Shown one piece after another: positions 9,132 through 20,000 of a stretch of 52,419 bases of DNA. The translations under genes were made by a program, and so were the position numbers. Source of the DNA: Gemmatimonadales bacterium (lineage in GTDB: Bacteria; Gemmatimonadota; Gemmatimonadetes; Gemmatimonadales; GWC2-71-9). Positions within the stretch are counted from its first letter, which is position 1; each line of letters begins with the position of its first letter. The stretch is taken from NCBI GenBank assembly GCA_038321865.1, contig JBBQFH010000021.1, positions 1-52,419 on the forward strand, in the 5' to 3' direction. The notes beneath the pieces were generated by a model. That model searched no databases and had not been told where the DNA came from. It worked only from the letters and a program-made list of their open reading frames with translations.

Positions 9132-11343
9132 TTGCCTGCCCGGGCGCCTTTGCCGCGGGCTTCACTTCGAACCAGGTCCGCCGCCGCACCTGATGGCCGG
9201 TGGCGTCCGTCACGACGAGATCGAGCCAGTAGGCGCCAGGCTTGAACTGGCGGAGGTCGAGCGTCCGCCGTCCGCTGGTCACGCCTTCGCCGGCCACGCC
9301 GCCGAAGCGGAGCCTGACGCCGGCCGGCCCGGCGCGGGTTCCCTTTTTCTCGGCGACCAGCACGTCGGTCTGATAGGCGGCGCCGGATGGCATGCCGTAC
9401 ACCTCGTAGTACAACTCGAGCTCGGTCGCTCCGAAGTAGCGGTGGAACGGGCTGAAGAAGACGGTGTCCGCCCCGCGTGCCCAGTTGAGGGCGATGGGCC
9501 GCCAGCCCAGCACTGGGTCGCTCATGGAGAGCGGGCCGTCGTAGCGGCCGACGCTCAGGGTGTCCCGCGGCGTCACGACGCCGCTGCTGTCTCCCTGTTG
9601 AAGCGAGAGCCGGTAGCGCCAGCGGCCGGGTGGCACCGGGAGGGCGAACCGCCCGAAGAGCATGGCGCGCGCCGGTACGGCCGCGTCGGTCGTGAGGATC
9701 ACGGCGGTGTCGGCCGATGCGACGACTCTTCCCGCGGAATCGAAGGCCACGAACCGGAGTCGCACCGGATAGCGCCACGATCCATTCTGCAGCATTCCCG
9801 TCAGCCCCTCCCCGCCGAGCCCGTAGATCACATGCACCAGGGTGCGGCTTCCCTCGCGGCCGACGGCCGCGAGGCTGATCGCCGCGGGGAGGGCGCGGGC
9901 GAAGCCGCGTTCGTAGGCATCGGTCCTCGTACCCACGGCGATACTGGCGGCGCCGATCCGTGCCTCCTCGCGCGCGAGCTCCGCCCCGGCGATCGTTCCC
10001 GCCCAGGCGCTGAGCCTGGCGTACATGGGACTCAGGGTCTGGCGGGAGAGGTACATGTCGGACACCGTGACGGCCTGACTGGCATCCAACTGTCTCGTTT
10101 CGGGCCGGCAGGCACCGAAGAGCTCCAGCACGCTGGAGAACAGCCGGTAGTCGTCCACGGCCGATGGCGCGCCGAAATGGAACAGGAGATCGCCATCGGC
10201 GCGCGCATAGCGCCACGATTCGTTCGGCATGATCTGGAAGAGATAGGTCTTGAGCCGGACCGTCGGCTCGCCCTGGCGGATGTAGATGATGCCGCGGTCG
10301 TCGAAGTCCATGCTGCCGGATCGGTAGATGCAGCCGATGGGATAGTAGCGCCGGGTGACGGTGAGCCCGAAATTCCTGCGCGCGTAGGCCAGCCGGCGAT
10401 AGTGCTCAGGCAGGCGCTCGCCGGGAGAGCGCAGGTCCAGCCGGTCGCGGTCGGTCCAGAAGTTCCGGAGCCAGGCCGCGCGCTCCGCCCCGCGGGTGGT
10501 GTCGAAGGCCGCCAGCTCGTCGTTGGCGAGCATGACGGCGATGTCGTTCCGGTAGCCCCGGACCGCCAGCGTGTCGTCGTCGGCCGCGCCGGCGTAGTAC
10601 GCCGAATCACCGCCAGGGCCGCCGGCCGCGAGGCGCGTCCGCGCCAGCTCGAGCAGCCCGAGGCCGCGGTTCCCGCCTGCGGCGAGATAGGCGGCGAACG
10701 CCGCGGCCGCCGAATCGGGGCTGCCCGCTTCCCGTTCCAGCCGGCCGAGGGCGAGCAGCACCTCCGGCCGCCGGCGCGCGGTGGAATCGGCGCGGCGCGC
10801 CGCCATGAGCGAGCGCTGCCAGAAATCCGGCCGCCGGAACCGCTGGGCGAACCGTCCCATCGCGCCGAGTGCCGGCGCGAACGAGGGGTCGGCCGCGAGC
10901 GCCGCGGTGAGGGCAGTGACGGCATCGTCCAACGCGCCCATTCCGACCTGGGTCCCCAGCTCGAGCGGCTCCGCCTCCAGCGCCTGGGAGATGCCGTACT
11001 TGGCGAGTGCCCGGCCAAACGGCGGATAGGGCCATGAAGGCTCCAGCCGGGCGGAGGCATTGAAGGCCGACTCGGCCCGCCGATAACGGCGGGTATTCCC
11101 CAGCTCCGCCAGCCGCAGCTCGAAGAAGCCGCGGCGCAGCTGGCCCAGTGCCTGCGCCTCGGAGTCGGATGACACCATGCTGAGCCTGGCCGCGGCCGTG
11201 AGAGCGGCGCTGTCGGTCGTTGCGGCGAGCGAATCCCGCAGGCGCTCCAGCTGGTGGCGATCGGCGGGGCGCTGCGCCTGCAGCCCGGCTGAGAGCCCGG
11301 CGACGGCGAGAAGGGAAGCAGCGGCGCACCGCGCGCGCCTCAT
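9085..11343 (-). CDS. GWxTD domain-containing exported protein with N-terminal TPR-like helices
   Basis: Signal peptide from ATG 11343; FW..RD, EHYRRLAYA...F, DDRGIIYIRQGEP and ESW.Y motifs; C-terminal beta-sandwich (LYYEVYG...PGAY.L). Confidence 0.8.
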   Translation of the reverse strand: MRRARCAAASLLAVAGLSAGLQAQRPADRHQLERLRDSLAATTDSAALTAAARLSMVSSDSEAQALGQLRRGFFELRLAELGNTRRYRRAESAFNASARLEPSWPYPPFGRALAKYGISQALEAEPLELGTQVGMGALDDAVTALTAALAADPSFAPALGAMGRFAQRFRRPDFWQRSLMAARRADSTARRRPEVLLALGRLEREAGSPDSAAAAFAAYLAAGGNRGLGLLELARTRLAAGGPGGDSAYYAGAADDDTLAVRGYRNDIAVMLANDELAAFDTTRGAERAAWLRNFWTDRDRLDLRSPGERLPEHYRRLAYARRNFGLTVTRRYYPIGCIYRSGSMDFDDRGIIYIRQGEPTVRLKTYLFQIMPNESWRYARADGDLLFHFGAPSAVDDYRLFSSVLELFGACRPETRQLDASQAVTVSDMYLSRQTLSPMYARLSAWAGTIAGAELAREEARIGAASIAVGTRTDAYERGFARALPAAISLAAVGREGSRTLVHVIYGLGGEGLTGMLQNGSWRYPVRLRFVAFDSAGRVVASADTAVILTTDAAVPARAMLFGRFALPVPPGRWRYRLSLQQGDSSGVVTPRDTLSVGRYDGPLSMSDPVLGWRPIALNWARGADTVFFSPFHRYFGATELELYYEVYGMPSGAAYQTDVLVAEKKGTRAGPAGVRLRFGGVAGEGVTSGRRTLDLRQFKPGAYWLDLVVTDATGHQVRRRTWFEVKPAAKAPGQAITPLADPAAPRPPSR

Positions 11344-11397
11344 GGCTTTCCCGCCTGCCGGTGTATGTTTGCGGGGAACGCACCCTGAGGCCCCCGA

Positions 11398-12420
11398 ATG
11401 ACCGAGAGCACGCGGTTTCACGAGACGAATCTGTGGTCCACGCCGATCCGGGACATGGGTCTCCAGATCGCGGGGACGCGGCTCGAGCCGATCGTGGCGG
11501 AGTTCGAGGCCGAGCTGGAGCAGGCGGGCATCCACCGCCTCCGGCCCAGGCTCTACCTCTCGACGGAGTGGGGCGTGCCGTTCGAGACGACGGCGATCGC
11601 GGTCCCGTTCTACCTGGCGCGGGCCGACCTCACCGCGCTCCAGGCAGAGCGGGTGGGCCACGTCGAGGGCTTCAACCGCGCCGATATCCTGCGCTACCTC
11701 CGGCACGAGATGGGGCATGTGGTCAACTATGCCTACCGTCTCTACGATCGTGAGGAGTGGGTCCGGCTCTTCGGCTCGATCACCCAGCCGTACGAGGAGG
11801 AATATCATCCGGAGCCGTTCAGCCGCCGCTACGTGCGGCACCTGCCCGGCTGGTACGCCCAGAAGCATCCGGACGAGGACTGGGCGGAAACCTTCGCCGT
11901 CTGGATGACGCCGGGATTCGACTGGCGCGCCGAGTACGGCGGCTGGCCGATCGCGTGCGCCAAGCTGGAATACTGCACCCGCGTCATGGCCGAGCTGAGC
12001 GAGCAGGATCCCTACGTCACCGACGATGAGCTGGACGAGGACGTCGGCGAGCTGGAATACTCGGTCGAGCAGTTCTATGGCTCCGCGGCGGCCGAGGGGG
12101 CGGATATGCCGCCGGGACTGGACGGGGCGCTGCGCGCGATCTTCGAGGACCTCGACGACCCGGATGCGGATGTCGCCCTGCTCCGGCCGGCGGCGGGGCT
12201 GATCGCGCGGGTCGAAACCGAGCTGATGGCAAATGTGTACCGCTGGACCGGGCACTTCCCGGAGCGGACCCGTCCCCTGGTCCGCCACCTCACCGACCGC
12301 GCCGGGCATCTCCGGCTCGGCTACCCCGAGGCCCGTGAGGTGTCGGCCATGATTGCGCTCACCACTCTGGTGACGGCGCTGGCAATGAATCACGTGCACC
12401 GGGGCCGGTACCTGCCGTAG
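11398..12420 (+). CDS. Putative zinc-binding metallopeptidase (Peptidase_Mx family)
   Basis: LRHEMGH zincin motif and YAQKHPDEDWAETFAVW family motif. Confidence 0.85.
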   Translation: MTESTRFHETNLWSTPIRDMGLQIAGTRLEPIVAEFEAELEQAGIHRLRPRLYLSTEWGVPFETTAIAVPFYLARADLTALQAERVGHVEGFNRADILRYLRHEMGHVVNYAYRLYDREEWVRLFGSITQPYEEEYHPEPFSRRYVRHLPGWYAQKHPDEDWAETFAVWMTPGFDWRAEYGGWPIACAKLEYCTRVMAELSEQDPYVTDDELDEDVGELEYSVEQFYGSAAAEGADMPPGLDGALRAIFEDLDDPDADVALLRPAAGLIARVETELMANVYRWTGHFPERTRPLVRHLTDRAGHLRLGYPEAREVSAMIALTTLVTALAMNHVHRGRYLP

Positions 12421-12462
12421 GCTCGTCCGGCCCAGCGGGTCATGCCGTTGGAAGATGGGAGC

Positions 12463-13446
12463 CTAGCGCCGGTACCGCGCCACCGCCGATCCCACGATCT
12501 TCCCGATCAGATCGACGTACTCGATCCCCGCCGCGCTCGCCGCCATGGCGAACTCGCCGGTCTTCTCGAGATAGCAGCTCGCGTTCACCTCCAGCACGTA
12601 GATCTCGCCGGTGTTGGTGAAGCGGAGGTCCACCCGGCCGTAGTCGCGGACCCGGAGCGCACGGTACGCCGCGAGCGACACCTTCTGCAGCTTGGCCTTG
12701 AGCTCGTCCGGGATGTCGGCCAGCACCGACTTGGTGCCCTTGTATTCCGCGCTCCGCTTTTCCCACTTGGCCCGGCTGCCGAGGATCTTGGGCGCGCCCT
12801 CCGGAAAGCCGGTGAAGTCGACCTCGATCGGCGGCAGGGCCATCGGCACTCCGTTGCCCAGGACGCCCACGTAGAACTCCCGCCCCTCGATGTACTCCTC
12901 GGCCAGCGCCGCGTCGTCCACATCCTTGTGAATGGAGGCGACCCGCTTCATGAGCGTGGCGGCATCGTGCACCAGCGAGTCCCCGCCGATACCGATGGAG
13001 GAGTCGGCGCGCAGCGGCTTGACGAAGAGCGGCATCCGGCGGTTGCCGCCAGTTTCGAAGTCGGAGGCGGTCTTGGAGAAGACGGCGAAGCGGGGATACA
13101 TGACGTCCTCGTACCCCAGCAGCTTCTTGCTGAGCCCCTTGTCCTGGCTCAGGTACAGCTCGCCGGGGCCGCTGCCGGTGTAGCGCAAACCCTGTGTCTC
13201 CAGCACCGCCGCCACCAGCATGTCGCCGGAGACGTTGTCGCCGAACATCTCGGCCAGGTTGAAGACCAGCTCCGGTTTCCGTCGCGAAAGCCCCGCGATC
13301 ATTCGCTTGACATCGGCGTGCACGCCGAGCACCGAGACGCGGTGCCCGAGCTTCCGGAGCGCGCGCGACACCTGGCCGACGACTTCGTCGAAGTCCTTGG
13401 CGGGGGCGTTTTCCTTCTCGGCGTGGGTGAGGACCGTGATCCTCAT
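12463..13446 (-). CDS. ATP-grasp ligase, D-Ala-D-Ala ligase-like
   Basis: VFNLAE, YTGSGP, DK...K, PLFVKP...DSSIGI, EEYIEGREF, YGRVDLR and LEVNA motifs. Confidence 0.85.
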   Translation of the reverse strand: MRITVLTHAEKENAPAKDFDEVVGQVSRALRKLGHRVSVLGVHADVKRMIAGLSRRKPELVFNLAEMFGDNVSGDMLVAAVLETQGLRYTGSGPGELYLSQDKGLSKKLLGYEDVMYPRFAVFSKTASDFETGGNRRMPLFVKPLRADSSIGIGGDSLVHDAATLMKRVASIHKDVDDAALAEEYIEGREFYVGVLGNGVPMALPPIEVDFTGFPEGAPKILGSRAKWEKRSAEYKGTKSVLADIPDELKAKLQKVSLAAYRALRVRDYGRVDLRFTNTGEIYVLEVNASCYLEKTGEFAMAASAAGIEYVDLIGKIVGSAVARYRR

Positions 13447-13527
13447 CGGGGGACCGTCGCTGGTTAGAGGTGGGAGCGTCGCTGCCTAATGGTAATATCG
13501 CAGCGGCGGTGAAGTGTGTGCGAGCGG

Positions 13528-15141
13528 TTACAACCCCATCCCCCATCGCGACAGCGACACAGGGAGTCCGCCGTAGCTCAGCAGCTCGGCGTGAAAGGCC
13601 TCCGGCCGGAATGCCGAGCCGGCGCGCTCGCGGTAGGAATCGCGGAGCCGGAGAATCTCCCGGCGGCCGACGGCATACGACAGGTTATACGTCGGCATCG
13701 CACAGTAGCGCCGCACCTCGGCTTCGGCGTTCCGGCGCTGCATCGGGAGGCGGCCGGCCAGGTCGTTCACCGCCTCGAGCGGTGTCATGCCTCGCGTGTG
13801 GAGGCCGACGTCGAGCGTGATGCGAACGGCGCGCCAGAAGAGGCTGATCAGGTGGAACAGCCGCACCTCCGGCTCCTTGAAGAACCCCGCCTGCGCCATC
13901 AGCGACTCGCAGTAGAGCGCCCAGCCCTCGACCGTGAGCGGCGTCCACAAGTGGCGGCGGACTTCGGAGTCGAGTGCGTGCGCGGTGAGGAGCTGCAGAT
14001 GGTGACCGGGATAGGCCTCGTGCACCACCAGCGAGGGGATCTCGAACGCGCAGTGCTCGAGTGCCTGTTCGCTGGAGCCGCCGGCAGGGGCCGCCTGGGG
14101 AACGGTGACGTAAAAGCGGCCGGTGCGGTCGGGCAGCTCGACCGGCGGCGGATCGTAGGCGGCGAACGGCACCAGCGCCGTCAAAAACGGCGGCGTGGGC
14201 ACCACGGCGACCGGCCCGTCGGGAACCGGCACGACGCCGTGCTCCCGCACGAATCGCTCGGCGTCGCGGACCTGGTCGCGGTAGGTGGCGAGCATCACGT
14301 CGTGCGGCACCCTGCCCCGCTCGCGCGCCCGCTCGGCCACATCCCTCCAGTGGCGTCCCGGTTCGAGCGTGGCAGCCAGCTGCGTGATCTCCGCCTCGAT
14401 CTCGTCCTGGAGGTGCAGTCCGTAGCGCCAGATCTCGGGCGCCCCGCCGGTCAGCGCATGCTCGTGATGCAGCCGGCGCTCGAACTGCGCCTCCCCCGCG
14501 GCGAAGGCGAGCGGATCGTCGCTCGGCGTGATCTCGCTGCCCAGCGCCGCGCCGAAGCCCTTGAGCGCCGCCAGAGTCGCGGCGGCCGCCTCGTTGATCT
14601 CGGGCACCAGCGCGGGCGCGGCAGCCCCGAAGGTCGAGGCCACCTGGACAACGAGCTCCCCGCCACCGCCGAGAGAGCCGAGGGCGGTGTCGACGAAGAC
14701 GGATGGCGGCTGCTTGAGCGTCTCGCGAGCGGCATCGAGAAACTTCGGGGCGGCTCGAAGCCGCTCGAGCGCGGCCGGTGCCCGCTCGGCGTGGTGGCCA
14801 TCGGCGCGGGCCAGCAGCGTGTAGAGGGACTGAAAGAGGTGGGAAAGCCAGAACTCCGGATTTCGCTCGTGCGGCCGCTCGTGCTCGAAGCGGAACACGG
14901 CCACCCGCATGTCGTCGAGCAGCGCGGTCCGGTCGATCTCCTGCTGCACGTTCTCGACTTCGAGCTCCTCCGCCGCGCCCGCCAGCGCGCGGAACGCGGC
15001 CAGGTGCTCCCGCATCGACTCGGCATCGAACCGGCCGAGGCGCGCGTCGTACTCGGTGGCGCCAGCCCCGCTCGCCTCGGCGGGATCGAGATGGCGGCGG
15101 GCGTCGAGATACGAGCGGCAGAGCTCGTTGACGGCGCTCAC
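13528..15141 (-). CDS. DUF885 family protein
   Basis: HEAYPGHHLQ, EGWALYCE, RAVR..LDVGLH and EVRRY...P...LSY..G motifs. Confidence 0.9.
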   Translation of the reverse strand: MSAVNELCRSYLDARRHLDPAEASGAGATEYDARLGRFDAESMREHLAAFRALAGAAEELEVENVQQEIDRTALLDDMRVAVFRFEHERPHERNPEFWLSHLFQSLYTLLARADGHHAERAPAALERLRAAPKFLDAARETLKQPPSVFVDTALGSLGGGGELVVQVASTFGAAAPALVPEINEAAAATLAALKGFGAALGSEITPSDDPLAFAAGEAQFERRLHHEHALTGGAPEIWRYGLHLQDEIEAEITQLAATLEPGRHWRDVAERARERGRVPHDVMLATYRDQVRDAERFVREHGVVPVPDGPVAVVPTPPFLTALVPFAAYDPPPVELPDRTGRFYVTVPQAAPAGGSSEQALEHCAFEIPSLVVHEAYPGHHLQLLTAHALDSEVRRHLWTPLTVEGWALYCESLMAQAGFFKEPEVRLFHLISLFWRAVRITLDVGLHTRGMTPLEAVNDLAGRLPMQRRNAEAEVRRYCAMPTYNLSYAVGRREILRLRDSYRERAGSAFRPEAFHAELLSYGGLPVSLSRWGMGL

Positions 15142-15142
15142 C

Positions 15143-16117
15143 CTAGGCGATCACTTCGGCGTCGTCTCCCAGACTCACGGAGCCGGTCACACCGGACAGC
15201 GTCACCCGGTTGCCCAGCATCGAGCGGTCGAGCGTGGCGTCGGTCACGGTAGTGTCCCGGCCGACGACGGTGTGCGTCAGCGTGCTGCCGACGACTTTCG
15301 CGCCGGCTTCGAGGGTGACGTTGGGACCGATGGTGCTCCGCTCGATCGTCACACCCTCCTCGATCAGCACCGGGTCGTGGATCGTCACGCCGGGAAACTC
15401 GCGCCGGCGCGCGGCGCCCTGGGCGAGCAGGACCTCGTTGGTCTCCAGCAGCGTATCGAGCTTGCCGCAGTCGTACCACCCGCCGACCTCGGCGGTGAGA
15501 ATCCGCTTGCCGTGCTCGATCATCCACTGGAAGGCGTCGGTCAGATAGTATTCGCCCCTGTTCGCGGGCGCCGCCAGCGCGGCATCGATGCCCTGCCAGA
15601 GACTCTCGACATCGCGGATGTAGTACAGCCCGATGTTGGCCAGCTTCGAAATCGGCGTGGACGGCTTCTCGACGATCCTGGTCATGAACCCGTCCTTGTC
15701 GGTGACGACCACGCCGAAGCGCTGGTAGTCCTCGACCTCCTTGGCCCAGATGATTCCGTCGGCGTCGGTGCGGTTGATCAGCGTCAGGTCGGCCTCGAAG
15801 ACGGTGTCCACGAAAATGATCAGCACCGGCCCGTGCACATGGGGGCGTGCCAGGTTGACCGCGCCGGCGGTGCCGTCCTGCACCTTCTGCTCGATGAACC
15901 GGGACGGAATCGGGTAGCGGCTCCGCGCGTACGACTCGATCTGGTCCTGGAGATGGCCGGTGATGAAGATCAGCTCCTCGACGTCGAGTCCCGCAAGCCG
16001 GTCCATCACCCAGTCCATCACCGGCCGGCCGGCCACCTTGAGCAGCGCCTTCGGCACCAGGTGAGTATGCGGCCGAAGCCGGGTGCCCTTGCCCGCCAGC
16101 GGAATGATGACCTGCAT
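15143..16117 (-). CDS. Sugar-phosphate nucleotidyltransferase with a C-terminal left-handed beta-helix
   Basis: IIPLAGKGTRLRPHT...PK, VEKP, GEYYLTDA and WYDCGK motifs; hexapeptide tail; GGGGG SD upstream of ATG 16117. Confidence 0.9.
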   Translation of the reverse strand: MQVIIPLAGKGTRLRPHTHLVPKALLKVAGRPVMDWVMDRLAGLDVEELIFITGHLQDQIESYARSRYPIPSRFIEQKVQDGTAGAVNLARPHVHGPVLIIFVDTVFEADLTLINRTDADGIIWAKEVEDYQRFGVVVTDKDGFMTRIVEKPSTPISKLANIGLYYIRDVESLWQGIDAALAAPANRGEYYLTDAFQWMIEHGKRILTAEVGGWYDCGKLDTLLETNEVLLAQGAARRREFPGVTIHDPVLIEEGVTIERSTIGPNVTLEAGAKVVGSTLTHTVVGRDTTVTDATLDRSMLGNRVTLSGVTGSVSLGDDAEVIA

Positions 16118-16118
16118 C

Positions 16119-16469
16119 TCAACCCCTCCCGTATCGGTCTTCGAGGCGTACCAGATCGTCCAGATGATCGGTGGAGGCCTCCAGCACGTCGCTGTCCACG
16201 ACTGCCTCGATCTGGTGCACCAGCGTCGGCGGAATGTGCGCGCTCTCACCCGCCCGGAAGGCGCGGGAGACGAGCTGGTCGCCCTGCTTCGTCCGCAGGA
16301 TCAGCTCGCCGGTGAGCACGTGCATCGTCTCGTCCTTGTGATTGTGATACTGGAGACTGAGCACGTGGCCGGCCTTCACGTGCAGCACCTTGCCCACGTA
16401 CTGCGGCGTTCGGGCCCACACCAGCTCGTACCCCCAGGGCTTCTCCACCTTGTACGGCACGTCCGGCAT
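16119..16469 (-). CDS. Cupin domain protein (mannose-6-phosphate isomerase-like)
   Basis: VEKPWG, LSLQYH..KDET, IPP..VH and DDLVRLEDRYGR motifs. Confidence 0.88.
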   Translation of the reverse strand: MPDVPYKVEKPWGYELVWARTPQYVGKVLHVKAGHVLSLQYHNHKDETMHVLTGELILRTKQGDQLVSRAFRAGESAHIPPTLVHQIEAVVDSDVLEASTDHLDDLVRLEDRYGRG

Positions 16470-17044
16470 TACCCCTCCGCTTTGGTCAGAACATAGGATG
16501 ACGGCGACGTCACGCAGGCGCGAACGCAGATGCCGCAGCCCACGCACCCCTCGCGACGGATCACCGGATGGCCCGCCTCGTCGATGGAAAGTGCCGCGGC
16601 GCCCACTGGGCAGGCATCGGCGCACGCGGTGCACGGCGTTCCCTGGAAGGTGATGCACCGCTCGGGAATCAGCTCCAGCCGCCCCAGACGATAACCGGAC
16701 CAGCCCCGCTCGGGCACCGTCAGCGCCTCGGTCGGACAGGAAACGGCGCAGGGCATGTCGGGGCAGACCGTACAGGGCTGCAGGCCGGGGTCGATATACG
16801 GCGTCCCCGCCGCGAGCCCGCCCTCGGTGCGGACCGGCATGATCGCGCTCGAGGGACAGATGTCGATGCAGGCGCCGCAGCGGGTACAGGCGGCGAGGAA
16901 GCCGATCTCGGGCAGCGCCCCGGGCGGGCGGAAGTAGTGGCGCGGTGCAAAGCGCTCCTCCGTCCGCTCGACGACCTGGCCGATCCACCGGTCCAGCGCG
17001 GTGCGGAGAATCTCGCGGCGCCCGCCGGTGCCGCCGAACTCCAT
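16469..17044 (-). CDS. Multi-[4Fe-4S] ferredoxin, NapF/NapG/MauM-like
   Basis: RPPGAL.E..FL..CTRCGACIDICP, C..C...PC..SCP, C....C..C...CP and CVGCGICV..C motifs. Confidence 0.85.
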   Translation of the reverse strand: MEFGGTGGRREILRTALDRWIGQVVERTEERFAPRHYFRPPGALPEIGFLAACTRCGACIDICPSSAIMPVRTEGGLAAGTPYIDPGLQPCTVCPDMPCAVSCPTEALTVPERGWSGYRLGRLELIPERCITFQGTPCTACADACPVGAAALSIDEAGHPVIRREGCVGCGICVRACVTSPSSYVLTKAEG

Positions 17045-17059
17045 CAGTGCACTCCCGGC

Positions 17060-20000
17060 TCAGTATGGCGGCTGGAAGCTGAAGGTCCAGCGCCAGCCGA
17101 ACCGCTTGCCGGTGACCTGATCATGGGCCAGGTAGCCGAAGCCGACGTACAGCGGCATGTCGAAGCGGGTAACGAACTGGGTGGTGCCGATCCGGTGCGT
17201 CGCGCGAATGCCGACACCCGCGTCCCCGCCAACCCGGGGAGCGGTTCCGCTCGGCCGCTCCGAAAAGTCGCCATCGGCCAGCGCGGCATCGGCGAAGACG
17301 GCGATGCCCACGGATCGGAACAGCTTTGCTCGCGGGCGCGCGATCACCTGGCGCTCGAGATCGAGGTTGACGGCGACGGCGCTCAGCGCACTCAGCATCG
17401 GATCGTAGCCCCGGAGCCCGGCGCCGCCCGGCACCTGGTACTGCACGTGCTCCTGGCGGAAGAGCGAGCCGACCGAGCGGGTGAACGGATTGTGCAGCTG
17501 CTCATACGGATCGGCGCCGCCGAGATAAATCCGGCGCTGGCGGACGACCGTGTCCTTGGCGAGCGCGGTCCCGGCGTAGAATCGCAGGCCGAGGTTGAGC
17601 TTCCGGCCCAGCGGGCGCCTGGCCGTCGCCTCGATGGTGCCGCGGAAGTAGCCCTGCACATCGTACCGGTTGGCCGCGCGGACACCCGGCCCGGGGTTCA
17701 TGTAGGCCAGGCCGCCGCCGACCGACGTGCGTGCCGTGAGGCCCCACTTCCCGCTGCGGGTGCCGGTGGCGGCGTGCAGCTCGCCCTCGACGGTGCCGGC
17801 GTTCTCCCAGGCCCGCGGGTCGAGGTAGGCCATCTTCTGGGTGCTGACCCACATGGCGGAGGCGCCGAGGGTGTGCGTCGGCCCGAACCCGAGGTGCGCG
17901 CGCGTCGTCTTGTCGAACGCCAGACGGCCTCCGAGCCGGCCTTCGATGCGGAAGGCGTCGAGCGTCTGCGACATGCCGGGTGAGCGGAGCCAGACCGGGT
18001 TCCGCAGCCGCAGATCGAAGTCGAAGTCCTTCCGGTCCGTCACCGTCGAGGGGTTGGCCGCACCGGTGGACTGGGAGATCATCAGCCGGTCCTGCTCGAA
18101 GCGGCCCAGATAGTCGTTCCGGGTACGGAGCCCGACCGTGAGGCCGCCGACGTCGTTGTACCAGACCGCGGGAGCGACGCCGAGGGTCATCCGGTCACGG
18201 CGGGACCGACCGCTGAGATAGGTGTCGAGGTAGAGGTCCGGCGCGCGACCCGGGCCGAACACCAGCGTGAGCGGGCGAAATCCGAGCGCGCGATAGTTGT
18301 TGAGCATGTTCCAGTCGTGTGCCCGCACGCGCGGATCGACGACGATGGCGCCCGGCTCGTGTGCCGTCTCCAGCACCACCCACTCTCGCGTGGCCAGCCC
18401 CGGCGTGCGCACGACCGTGGTGTCGGTGCCCGCGATCGCGGCGACCTCCACCGGTATCCGCCCGGGCGCCAGCCGCACCACCTCGACGCGCGTGCGCCAG
18501 CGCCCGCCGGCGATCCGCTGGCGATCTACCCGGCCCACCTTGTAATCGTACAGCACCACGTCGTGCAGCCACTGGCCGAAGAAGGTCGAGAGGTCCTTGC
18601 CCGAGACCTCTTCCGCCACCGAGCGGAAGGCATCCTCATCCACGTGCTTCAGCTTCCAGCGGTCGTAGTAGGTGCGGAGGATGCGGCGCATCGTCTGATC
18701 GCCGACGATGTAGCGGAGCTGCTGGTAGAACAGCTCACCCCGCGAGTAGATCATGATGTTGTAGCTGGTGAAATCCTTGTAGTCCTCGCTGACCAGGCTG
18801 GTCGGTTCCGACGCCCCGTCGAGGTCGAGCCCGAGGATGCCGGCTTCGGTGTTCTCATAGCCGCCCTTCCGGCCCGCCGCTTCGGCAAACCAGGTGGACT
18901 GGAAACTGGTGAAGCCCTCATCGAGATAGCCCTCGCGCCATTCGTTGTTGGCGAGGATGCCCATCGTGTAGTTGTGGCCCAGCTCGTGGACGATCAGCCC
19001 CTGGTCGGCCGAGCCGTCGTGGATCATCATCGGGAACTCGGTGCCGCCACCTTCGATGCGGTGGACGTTGGTGATCTGGGGCCACTCGAACTTCCCATAC
19101 AGCTGGTCCAGCCAGGCGAGCGCCGTCTCGGTGCGCTTCACGGCGATGCCGCCGCCCCAGCTCTTCTCGTCGCCGGGCTGATACAGGACGTGCACGGCGA
19201 CGTCGTTGTACCGGCCGCCCTCGTACCGATAATCGGGATTCAGCGACATCGCGAAGTGGTGCACGTCGCGTGCGTACCAGACGATCGTCTTTCGCCCGGC
19301 GGCGCGGGCCGTGCAGTCGGCGCCGAGGGCGGCGGCATCCACGTGATAGAAATCGCGCTGATAGTCCACCGGCGTCGCCGGCGTGCGGTTGGCCTTGTCC
19401 CATCCGGGATCGCCGCACAGGGCGACGCCGGTCGCGCCCACGACCTGATCGGCCGGCACGTCCAGGGAGACGAGAAAGGAGCCGAACTCGCCATAGAACT
19501 CGCCCGCCGGGTAGACCGGGTGTTCTTCCCAGCCATATCGGTCATACACCACGACCTTGGGATACCACTGCGCGAAGTCGAACCGCCGCCCGCGCCGGCC
19601 CTGCCGGCGCGGCGTGGTCGACGGGCGCGCGTCCCAGCCCATCTCGACCGTCATCGAATCGCCCGGCGCGAGGGGCCGCGGCAAGGTGTAGCGAACGATC
19701 GTGCTGTCGGGCGCGAACGGATACACCGCCGTGACCGGCTGTCCCATGATCCGGACGTCGCTCACATGATTGAAGGCGAAGTCGGGATCCCGGAGATCAT
19801 TGAAGCGGCGGTTGCCTTCGACGGAATCGGCGTCGGCCCAGCGGGAGCCGGGGCGAAAGGCGTTCAGATAGAGATGGAGTGAGAAGGTCGCCAGCGTGTC
19901 GGGCGAGTGATTCACGTAGACGATCGCCTCGTGCCCGCTGAGCACGCCGCTCGGCTCGTCCAGGCTGGCACTGATGCGGTAGGCGACCTGCTGCTGCCAG

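Noticed and set aside
11344..12399. 1104-aa ORF extending the GWxTD gene upstream
   Set aside because: The extension is antisense to the Peptidase_Mx gene. The signal peptide begins at ATG 11343.
12463..13446. Calling the ATP-grasp gene ddl or a vancomycin-resistance ligase
   Set aside because: It lacks the Ddl N-terminal GG.S.E motif, has no dcw or van context, and is paired with a Peptidase_Mx gene.
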